Below, piece after piece: positions 26,676-37,644 of a stretch of 64,000 bases of DNA. The stretch's first letter is position 1, and the number at the start of each line of letters is the position of its first letter. The position numbers were made by a program, and so were the translations under genes. The DNA is from Takakia lepidozioides (Eukaryota > Plantae > Bryophyta): positions 6,138,001 to 6,202,000 of the forward strand of contig CM060734.1 of the NCBI GenBank assembly GCA_030704615.1, given 5' to 3'. Under the pieces are notes generated by a model. It was not told the DNA's origin. It ran no database searches and was given only the letters and a program-made list of their open reading frames with translations.

Positions 26676-27055
26676 TAATTTCAAAATTACAACAAATATG
26701 GTTGTACAGCCTTTTTCGGGTGGATGCTATTGGTTCGTCATTTATTCATTTAACTTTCATTTCACTTTCATCCCTCTTGGATCATATATAAGGGAGGAGG
26801 GTCATCAAGCTCCTCACTTCTTTTGGCGTAAACACTTGAGGTTGTTTTGGATGTTCTCTTCCATTGAACGAGAGTGTAGCCCAAGAGGAGGGTGCGCACC
26901 TTTTGCCGTTGTGGCTTCCACCAAAGCCACTTCAGCAGATTGTGTATAAGCTCAACACTACAACCCACATCGATCCACTTGGGTTGCTGACAGGTGTAGA
27001 AATGTTGGGCTATCGCATTGCACTCTACATTCACAACACGTTTATTTATAGGTGA

Positions 27056-30000
27056 TTGTTTTTTGTTGTTTGCATCGCTAGGTCCCAGGGGAGTGGATAT
27101 TGGGTGAAGATGAGGGAGGAATTGAGCCCTTGGTATACGGCAATCTCGAACATTGTCAGTGCCATTGGTAGTGTTGAGTGCTACCTATGTGGATTAAAGC
27201 TTTCTTATCGTAAAGATCGGTTGCTCGCTCACCTCGGCTATAAAGGTGTGAAGAGCGCTGGGGTGGGTTTATGCCCCAAAGCATCTATGTGGGTAAAAAG
27301 CCACTTTGGCCAATGTGGAGGCAATATTCCAATGTCTTTGGATCTGGACATGACCTCTGAGCAGAACACTCTATCTTCCCGTCAGGATGCCCCGATTAGT
27401 ACCCAGGGCGACTCTTGTGAGGCTTCGGGTGTCTTTGGACAAGTGGGTTGTGTCGGAGCAACACCTGCTTCAACACCTCTTTGTACCCTTACATTTCAAC
27501 GAAATAGAGGATTACGGCAGCAATCCATGCAAGAAGGTCTTAACTTGTCTGCGAAAAGACAGTTGGATAAAAAATGGGCGCAGTTTTTCTTCGAGGCCAA
27601 CATATCCTTTAATGTGGCAAGGCTTCCAGCATTTGTTTCTGCCGTTAGAGCAACCTCGGAGTCCAGATCCACGTACGTGCATCTGACTTATCACAATCTC
27701 CGCACATGATTGTTAGAAGACGTCATGACCGAGCTTACCCAAAAGGTCAACGATAGAACGGACGATTGCATCAAAAAATATAGAAGCACTATATGTGCCG
27801 ATGGTTGGAGTTCTGTCACAAACAGACCATTGTTCAATGTCATGCTCATATGTCCAGCTGGGGAACAATTCTTGGGATCGGTCGACACTAGCGGCAAGAA
27901 GAAAGATGGACGTTATCAATGCCAACTATTGACGGATCATCGAACAAGTCGGAAGTGATAGAATCGTGCAAATATGCACAGACAATGCCGCTAACATGAG
28001 AAACACTGCAGACATGTTGTTGGCACGTTATCCACATATGTACTATCAAGGTTATGTTGTTCATATCCTTGACCTCCTTTTGGAAGATTGGGGAAAAAAA
28101 ACAGTGCGTAAAACAACTTGTCAAGCGAGCGAAGACTATTGTGTCGTTCATCCGCACACACCACATCCCTTTGGCAATATATAGGAGGCACGAACCCAAA
28201 TACAGCCTCCGCAATCCAGACGAAACTCGTTTTGCCACTAACTTCTTGATGGTGGATCGGTTGGTGACGGTGAAGAGTAGTCTGGAGCACACCATCATCG
28301 ATCCTCAATGGGATGCGTACACACGGACATTGCGGGACTCCAGAAAAGCCAAGTCATTGGGCAAAAGTCGAAAAGTTCGAAATAACATTCGCAGCGATGA
28401 TTTAGGGAAGAAATATGAAAATTTTGTTTATATGGTTGAGCCGGTGTTAATCGTCTTGCGGGAGTTTGATGGAAAACAACCAGTATTGGGCAAGACATGG
28501 TTACTAATGCAAAATCTTGAGAAGCACGTCCAATCGTTGAGGCATCCTCCTTTCTCCTTGGAACCTGAACTTGCGGACAGTGCCGAGGATGCATTTTACG
28601 ACCGTCGTTCGATGGTTCGAACGGACTTGCATTATGCGGGGGCTTTGCTCAATCCATTCTTACTCGACAATACCATGTTCCGAGACGATGTTGATGCCAA
28701 GGCCGGCCTCGTGCGAGTGCGAGTGCGACTGGCTCCGCCGAACCATGTAGAGAGAGCTATATCCGAATACCAATGCTTCTCAGATCGCCGCGACCCTTTT
28801 GAGGACATGCCGGATCCAAAAGAGCTCAATATGCTGCCACATGAATGGTGGGATCTGATTGGAGCTGGAGCAAGAACATTGGCTCCCATTGCGAAGCGTA
28901 TTTTTGCTCAAGTGTGCTCTGCCTCATCTTGCGAACGCAATTGGAGCAGTTACTCATTTGTTCACAACAAGATTCGCAACAGGTTGAATCCCGCGAGGGC
29001 TGACAAATTAGTGTATGTGTATACCAATTGCCGACTGAGAAGACAGCGGATGATGTTGCAGCATGGTATGAGAGGAATTTGCATTCCGAAGACTTTGCTT
29101 CTGAGGCTGATTCGATTAGTGACGATATTGAGCCTCAGAGAGAATCATCTTAGAGAGAATCATCTGCCTCCGATAGTGAAGATGGATCCGATGATGCTCC
29201 CGAAAATGCGTATGACCCGTTTACATTCACAGAGGAGGATGTTTATATCCAGCCGATCTTTGGTGACCTTCTTGAAGAAATGCGTATTGTTGATGAAGGT
29301 GAAGCTGCAATTGTGTCATCCCCAGAACATGGTCCTCAAAATGAAGTTGGGGTCGACCATCGCCCCCCACTACACGCTGAAGTCACCGGTAGCTTAGGGG
29401 TGATGTACTGTCAGGACCGATCGACGTACGCAACCCTGTTCATACAAACGATGGTGTCGAACCCATTGTACGGTCGACGGGACGGGATCATGCCTCACCG
29501 ATACGACCAGCTCCACCACAATGCCAAAACCGATCCAGCTCCCCATCAACACAACGGACATTAAGGAGCAACAGGGTTGATCTGTTTTCCACATGCATGC
29601 ATCATTCTGCTGCATTGGACCGGACGGAAGTTGAAGCCTCGGATGATGACAACCTGCTACTACAATTCCACCTTAACCAACGTGTTGCGCAGCAGACCCG
29701 TGGTTCCTCACATTCCGGACCATCTAATGTCGATCCATCTCGGGCAGTCCCCCCTCCAGTATCTCCTTCGAGACCACCTTCGATTGCGTCCCAAGTCCAT
29801 AAACGACAGAGAACAATCCAACCTTTTGTAGGCGATCGGCCCACAAACAGGCCACATACCGTAGATGGTATTCAAGACCGGAGTGGGAGTCGACCTCAGA
29901 GAGAACTAAATATCGTTCGAGGTCGTTTGCAGATTCAAAGGCCTGGACATATGAGGTCGGATAGGGAGGACGATTCCAGCACTGATCATGGCAACGGTGG

Positions 30001-30091
30001 TGAAGTCGAGGGTGACCCGGATTTTCAATCCATCGGAGCATTAGGATTAGGGTCTTCTTCGTCCCGCCGTCGAAGCAGTAGAAGGAATTGA
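27056..30091 (+). pseudogene. hAT transposase, copy B
   Basis: CYLC…HL…C BED-like finger, TICADGWS, CTDNAANM, ETRF and SASSCERNWSSYSFVHNKIRNRL. Stops and frameshifts are present. The C-terminal QPFVGDRP…DSSTDHGNGGEV block is shared with copy A. Confidence 0.92.
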
Positions 30092-30365
30092 CGCAAAACA
30101 GCTGTAGGCATGCATCAGCACTTTTTAGTGGACATGTTTATATTTCTGTACTAAAGTAATACCAATGTGATCATTGTCACTATGAATATTTGTATTGCTG
30201 TTGTGTATGTGCTGGAAAATAAAAGATGTTGCCCAAGTGTATACCAGCCAAAATGTCGGCCAAATGCCCCGTCACTTGCTCATGTTTGTGTTCGGTGATT
30301 TGCTTGTGGAATGGAGAACAATTGTGCCATGCTTCCAACTGTGCATTTATTTTTATTTAAATGGA

Positions 30366-31920
30366 GCGACCGCCAAGGTGGCGGTCGCTTCTAAGAGGTC
30401 TACCCTCCGCGTGGAGCGAGGAATGAGGCGGGGGGGGGGGCATATAAGCCCCCACTCATTCTCCCCTCACTTTCATTATTGGCAGTTTTTGTTTTTACAA
30501 AATGCAACGACCGCCATTTCTGGCGGTCGCTGTAATGGTTTATTTTTAAGATGCAGCGACCGCCATTACTTGCGGTCGCTTTATTTTATTTTATTTTTGG
30601 AAATGGGGCAACCGCCATTACTGGCGGTCGCATTTATTTTAATTATTTTGGAAATGAAGCGACCGCCATTAGCTTTAACAAACGCTCGCGTTCTTCTAGC
30701 ACCGCTGCTACTGCCGGTTCCTCAACGTCTTGGGCGGCCCAACTTGCGGTCGCTTTTATTTTAATTATTTTGGAAATGAAGCAACCGCCTATGTTGGCGG
30801 TCGCTTATTTATTTTAAAGTTTTTGAAAATGAAGCGACCGCCTATGTTGGCGGTCGCTTATTTTTTTTAAATGTTTTGAAAATGATGCGACCGCCTATGC
30901 TGGCGGTCGCTTATTTTTTTTAAATTTTTAAAAAATGAAGCGACCGCCAGCATGGGCGGTCGGTTTTTTTGTTTTAAAGTTTTTGAAAATGAAGCGACCG
31001 CCTATGTTGGCGGTCGCTTATTTATTTTAAAGTTTTTGAAAATAAAGGGACCGCCTATGTTGGCGGTCGCTTATTTATTTTAAAGTTTTTGAAAATGAAG
31101 GGACCGCCTATGTTGGCGGTCGCTTATTTATTTTAAATGTTTTGAAAATGAAGCGACCGCCTATGCTGGCGGTCGCTTATTTATTTTAAATTGTTTTTAA
31201 ATGAAGCGACCGCCTATGTTGGCGGTCGCTTATTTATTTTAAATGTTTTGAAAATGAACCGACCGCCAATGCTGGCGGTCGCTTACTTATTTTTAAAAAA
31301 ATTAAATGAAGCGACCGCCTATGTTGGCGGTCGCTTATTTATTTTAAAGTTTTGGAAAATGAAGCGATCGCCTATGGTGGCGGTCGCTTATTTATTTTAA
31401 ATGTTTTGAAAATGAAGCGACCGCCTATGCCGGCGGTCGCTTATTTATTTTAAATGTTTTTTAAGGAAGCGACCGCCTATGTTGGCGGTCGGTTTTTTTG
31501 TTTTAAAGTTTTTTTTAAGGAAGCGACCGCCTATGTTGGCGGTTGCTTATTTATTTTAAAGTTTTTGAAAATGAAGCGACCGCCTATGTTCGCGGTCGTT
31601 TATTTATTTTAAATGTTTTGAAAATGAAGCGACCACCCATGCTGGCAGTCCCTTATTTATTTTTAATTGTTTTTAAATTAAGCGACCGCCTATGTTGACG
31701 GTCGCTTATTTTTTTTTAAGTTTTTGAAAATGAAGCGACCGCCTATGTTGGAGGTCGGTTTTTTTTTTTTTTTTTTTTTTTTCCGGAAAATGGGGCGACC
31801 GCCAATTCTGGCGGTCGCAATTTTTATTTATTTATTCGGAAAATGGAGCGACCGTCAGTTCTGGCGGTCGCTTATTTTTTTATTTCCGGAAAATCGAACG
31901 TCCGCCAAGTTGGCGGTCGC
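30366..31920. repeat. ~53-bp-period array of GCGACCGCCTATGTTGGCGGTCGC palindromes
   Basis: Roughly 25-28 copies; starts at 30781, 30834, 30887, 30940, 30994 and onward. Confidence 0.95.
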
Positions 31921-32294
31921 TTCTAGAAGATTCGTCGTGCACGTGGCCCGAGAAATGAGAGGGGGGGGGGGGATATAAGCCAAGGGAGGCTTATTCTCCC
32001 CTCACTTCCTCTCCACACAACTTCTGTGTGCGTGGCATTTCATTATTCCACGACACGTAGTCACGTGGAGAAGGAGGCCATCGGTTGGGTGGGGGGTATT
32101 TTTTGCTGCGATTTATGTGAGGTCGTTGCAGAATGCTCCCATAAGCCCTCCTCTGGCTTCCAGGATCATTTTATTCTACAAAATTAGCTTTTAGGATCTA
32201 TTTTCACACCTACTCAAACTTACTTAACGGGAGAAGGGTTTAGAGTTACGTCTTTTTAGAAAACCTCGTTTAGTGTTGTTCCGATTGTTGTAGA

Positions 32295-32867
32295 ATGGTA
32301 GAGGGCCAGGACGATGACGTCATGGAAGAGATGACCCCAATGAACATGGACCGCCCCCTAAGAAAATCAAATGGTCAAGGCAAGACTTGAATTGGGAAGT
32401 ATTTGGTGACCCTAGCATACTAACAGAAGAGGGCTAGGAGGATGTTCCGGAAGAGTTCCGGTGGCCGATGGCGAGATGCAAAAAATTCGTGAAATGGTAC
32501 CACATCAATCGATTGTGGCCTCTGGATAGGCATGACGTGCAAACCCGAAACAATTACGTAGAGTCCAGGTCTTACACAAACTTGCATTTCCAGCATAGGG
32601 CGAATGAGATGCATTGCACATTGTGGGGTCAACCTCTCTTAAAGGGTCAAATCCCGTACACCTTGGCAGCCATGTTGTACGTGGAGGTCATACTCTTGCG
32701 TCCAGTGAATTGACAAACTGCTAGTAGGAGGAACGCAAGGTTGCTATACGATTTGGAGTACATCCTGGACACGTTTGGAATACAACCGGCTGCAACGTTA
32801 GAGGAACAACTAGCGGAAAGAGACCAGCGAATCAGGACCCTGCAGGACCGACTAGACTGGCAAACAC
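32295..32867 (+). pseudogene. RING accessory gene copy B, 5' part (WPLDRHD domain and start of coiled coil)
   Basis: KFVKWYHINRLWPLDRHD…HFQHRANEMHCTLWGQPL…AAMLY.EVILLRPV and LEEQLA align with copy A 3802-3083. Confidence 0.85.
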
Positions 32868-33334
32868 CACTACAACAGATTGCGGCTTTTATGACTCCCA
32901 TGGCTGCGCAATCATGACAGATTTGAGGCAGAAATGCCATTTGAAGTCGTAGATGTCTTTTGAAGTCATAACGCAGGTCCGGGGAAGGCGTATATGCGAT
33001 TGCATGACTCCGGATTCTACGCAACACAGGTCAAACATGTTTGACCACGAATATTGGCTTGGCAGATATGACTACCAGTCACGGTCATACCTACACTGGA
33101 ATGACGTGTACAAATTGCTAGACAGACATATGACTTTATGATTCTCACTCTAATGCATTCTGCCAGATCATCACATGGATGAATCACTACATGACTGCAC
33201 GTGTCGACACATGCTTTTCTGGTTATATATATAATATATCAATATTTATATTTTGAAAAAATGTCGGAGACTCTAACCACTAAAATGATTTTTTTCTTTT
33301 AAAATCAAAGTGCAAAAGATTTGAAAAAAAACAC

Positions 33335-33537
33335 ATTGGCTGGAGGTGCACAGTGTGTCGCCCCGGTGGTTCGGGGTTCAAACCCGCTGCCCTACCCCGT
33401 GTGTGGGATTGTTCGTGACGATATGTTTGGGCGTTGATCGTCCTGTAGGTCTCATGGCCCAAATGAAAGGGGGTTAATTTATCCCCCTCCTAGGGCCTGA
33501 GGCTTCCTTTAAATTAAAAAATAAAAAATAAAAAAAT
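33335..33537 (+). mobile_element. tRNA-derived SINE-like element
   Basis: B-box GGTTCAAACCC and an A-rich tail; 3' body related to 4463-4693. Confidence 0.55.
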
Positions 33538-33679
33538 TGCTTATAGGATTTGCAAGAAGGTTAAAAAACTTAAAAAGTTGCCCATCACGGTAGCCGTGAA
33601 TAGAATTAGAGTGAGCGGGAGGGAGGGAGATAGAGAGAGAGGGCTGGGACTTAGAGCGAGCGAGCGGGAGGGAAGGGAA

Positions 33680-36600
33680 ACATGCATGGGAGGCCGCAGT
33701 TGGAGCAACCTTCGCATCTGAAGCAAGCAACCCTAGAAACGCTAGGGTATGTGTGCGAGGAGGTTTTGGCTGGGAGCTCGTCGTTCTTGGGAGAGTCAGC
33801 TTGGTCTTAGCAAACCGTGTTTCAATCTCTACCCGCTCAGCTACACCGTGGTGGTTCTCACAGACCAATCCGACATTACCTGACTACAGAAACAAGCAGC
33901 ACACTGAAGAGGTCCTCTTGGGTTCATGGTCAGTCAAATCCTCCATGGGTCATGACACAAGGTCGAGGACAATGTGGTGAGGGCACCTTCTTCTTCGACC
34001 TATTTCAGCCTGTTTTGCCCTCTCATCAGACTTGGCCCTTCATTTGCAGCACGGAGCAGAGTTGGCATGAGATTTTTAAAGATCCTTCACGATGGTGCGA
34101 CAACCGCAATGGCAAGGTGTGGCTTTTCCTTAATGTACGATGTGAAGAAGTTTGTCCATCCTGCAAATGTGGGCTGTTGGCTCCTGTTAGTACCATGATT
34201 TGGTATTCTTCCTGATGTTTCAAGGTTCTTGGGAGAGTCAGCTTGGTCTTAGCAGGCCGTGTTTCAATCTCTGCCTGCTCATCTGTACCGTGCTGGTTCT
34301 CACAGACCAATCCGACATTACCTGACTACAAGACACAAGCAGCACACACAAGAGGTCCTTTTGGGTTGATGGTCGGTCAAATCCTCTATGGGTTCTTCTT
34401 CGACTTATTTCAGCCTGTTTTGCCCTCTCATCAGACTCGGCCTTGAGATGCATATTGAATTATGTAAGTTAGCTCGTTGCTTATTGATAAGTAGGGTTGG
34501 GGGTGTTTGTTGGAATGATTGTTGTATGCATGATTTTGTGCAGAGGCATAGATAGCTGAAGGAGCAGGGATAGAGTGTGGAAGAGGGCCAGATTTCAAAC
34601 TCCAGATTATCTATGATTCCCTGTGGAAGGGTAGATACAAGAAACCTGCATGGGTAGATGGTCAATTGGAAGTCGCAGCAGCAGCGGCACAATTGATAAA
34701 AATCAAGCACTGCTAATGAAGGCACCTTCTGAAACACATTTCACCCTATTTTCCCCTCTTATCAGAATCGGCCCTAAATTTTCATGTTCAATTCTGCAAG
34801 TTAGCTGGTTGAGTGAATCTAGTTGGAGTGACTTTGACATGATACTGCCAATGTGACAAGAGTATGCATTGAACCCATTGGTAGCGGGATATTGGGATAT
34901 CTCTTGGCCATGTGCCATCGTCAAAGCTGAAATTGTACTAGTTGTCATTCTGACCACTGCCCTAGTGGACATGTATGCCAAATGTGGGTGCAGCAAGCCT
35001 GATGCAAAGGGAGAGTTCGACAACATGGCTAAATGAGATGTGGTCTTGTGGACTGCCATGATTGTAAGGTGTGTGTAGCATAGGTGTGGGAGTAAGGCTT
35101 TGGAAACCTAAGAACAAATGATGTGGGAAAGGATGAAGCCAAACCAAGTCATGTTCATTTGTGTTTGTTAATATGCATATGCGAGCCTAGCAGCCCTGGG
35201 AAGGGGCCAAGAGGTTCATGGTGACATCATCAAAGCTGGAATTGTACCTGATGTCATTCTGAACATTCCCCTGGTGTACATGTATGTCAAATGCGAGCCT
35301 GGTAGCCCTGGAAAGGACGCAAAGGTCCATTATCAAATCTGGAATTGTACCACTAGATGTCACTCTAAACACTGCCTTGGTGGATATGTATGTCAAATGC
35401 ACGCCTGGCAGCCCTGAAAAAGGGTACAGAGGTCCACGGTGATATTGTCAAAGCTGGTATTGTATCTGATGTGATTCTGAACGTTGCCGTAGTGGACATG
35501 TATGCCAAGGTTGCAGGGTGCAACTACAAGGATACATGGCTGTTTTGATAATATGGCTGAATGAGATGTGGTACCAGCCTAGCCCATAATTGCACTTAAC
35601 TAGAGTAGGCAATGAGTGAAGACGGGGTTTGTGATGACATCGTCCAAGCTGGAATTAAACAAATGTTGTTTTGAACTATGCCCTTGTGGACTTGTATGCC
35701 AAATTGGGGTGCATGGAGGATGATGATCCCAGGATATGCACAACAGCGGCGCGGGATGGAGGCCCTTTGGAGAGGTCTATGAGCAAGTGGTGTGGGAAGG
35801 GATACTGCAGCGCAACCACATCGCGTTTGTTACATTTGCAACATGTGTGCAAGCCTGGCAGCCCTGCAAAATAGCAAAGAGGTTCGTGGTAACATCGTCC
35901 AAGTTGGAATTGTAGTAGACGTCGATCTGAACTTTGACATGATGCCAATGTGACAACAGGAAAGTATCCAGAAACAGGTCACAGAGACGAGGAGAAGTTG
36001 TGGAATGGTGGGACAACCGAGGAAAAAAGGTTAATGCTTGTTAGATTATAGAGGGCAGACGCAATTCAGCATAGGAACTAGTGTGATAAGTTGAGTTGGG
36101 TGTTTCCTAGAACAAATCTAGGCTGTCATTATCAGCTGCAAGGCAAGGAAGTATGCATGATTTGTGCAGAAGCAGTGATAGCTGAAAGAGCAGGGATAGA
36201 GTATGGGTCCAGATTCATCCAAGAGGGCCAGATTTCAAGCACATGATTACCTATGATTACCTGTGGATTTAGCTATAAGAAACCTGCATGGATAGATGGT
36301 GAATTGGAAGCCGCAGGAGTAGCGGCACAATTGATAAAATCAGGCACTGCTAATAAAGGCACCTTCTTCAACACATTTCACCCTGTTTTTCCCTCTTATC
36401 AGAACCGGCCCTAAATTTCAATGTCTGCAAGTTAGCTGGTTGAGTGAATCTAGTTTGGAGTGACTTTGACATGATATTGCCAATGTGACAACAGGAAAGT
36501 ATCGAAAAACAGTTAACGGAGATGAGGGGAAGCTGTGGAATGAATACTTTTCTGACCCCAGTCAATGGTGGGACAACCGAGGCAAAAAGGTAAATGCCTG

Positions 36601-37080
36601 TTGGATTACAGAGAGTAGCAGATGCAATTGAGAATAGGAACTAGTGTGGTAAGTTGAGTTGGGTGTTTGCTGGAATAAATGTAGGCTGTCATTGTCAGCT
36701 GCTAACAGCAATGCAAGGATATATGCATGATCTGTACAGAGGCATGGATAGCTGAAGGAGCAGGGAAAGAGTGTGGGTCAAGATCATCCAAGAAAGCCGG
36801 ATTTCAAGCTCCAGATTACCGATGATTCCCTGTGGAAGGATAGCTACAAGAAACTTGCATGGGTAGATAGTCATGGGTAGATGGTAGATAGTTTGGAGTG
36901 ACTTTGACATGATACTGCCAAAGTGACAATAAAAAAGTATCCATAAACAGGTAACAGAGATGAGGAGAAACTGTGGAATGAACTTTTCTGACCCCAGTCA
37001 ATGGTGGGACAACAGAGGCAAAAAAGTGAATGTCTGTTAGATTACAGAGAGTAGCAGACGCAATTCAGCATAGGCACTAA
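33680..37080 (+). pseudogene. Captured OSB-type PDF-motif + PPR gene fragments (cargo copy 3)
   Basis: WHEIFKDPSRWCDNRNGK|gt, LWNEYFSDPSQWWDNRGKK|gt and HPRGPDFKH…; PPR pieces LVDMYAKCG and MKPNQVMF at ~34900-35920; GA-rich, promoter-like 5' region at 33600-33750. Confidence 0.8.
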
Positions 37081-37644
37081 GGCAAACTCTCCTTCCCCGT
37101 AAGGGTGTGAGCGAATAAATATTTTATCTAAGAATATAATTTCAAAAATTCGTTATTTAATAATGTGCCACTGTCCCATGTTGGTCAAAAGTAATAATAA
37201 TAATAATTATTATTATTATTATTATTATAGTAAATATAATAACAATAAATTAAATCCCCAACACACCCCCCCCCCCCCACAGCGACGCGTGTCAATTGAC
37301 ATGAGGAACCACGTGTCAAAATCACGATGCGACACGTGCTGATGTCTGATTCCCTCCTCTGCAGTCAGGATGGCGTCGCAGTCTGACACGTGGTGTGTTC
37401 TGTAGAAAGCACGTGTCTCTCTTACACAACGGCTGACATGGATCCGTTCAGTCATTCAGTAAAGCCAGCGTGTATGACTACCCCCACAGCTGCTCAGGCA
37501 CCACGTCACAGCTAGGCTGGCGAGTCATATCTGCCATGCCACAACTAACTAGGGTTTTACGACTGCAGAGTCATGAAGTCGTAAATGGCTTTCCAACTTT
37601 GCAGTCATAACACAGAGTCGTAAAAGCCGCAATCTGTTGTAGTG

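Larger units (their letters stand above)
32868..37644 (+). mobile_element. Complete non-autonomous Pack-CACTA element (4777 bp)
   Basis: TIRs CACTACAACAGATTGCGGCTTTTAYGACTC at both ends; 3-bp TSD CAC (32865-32867 and 37645-37647). Removing the element restores the frame LDWQTLRIAKLEARL (copy A: LQRWQIAKLLERM). No transposase inside. Confidence 0.95.

Noticed and set aside
30366-31920. CRISPR array or simple subterminal hAT repeats
   Set aside because: Spacers are near-identical A/T tracts, and homology between copies A and B continues past the array into the RING gene, so it is not a terminus.
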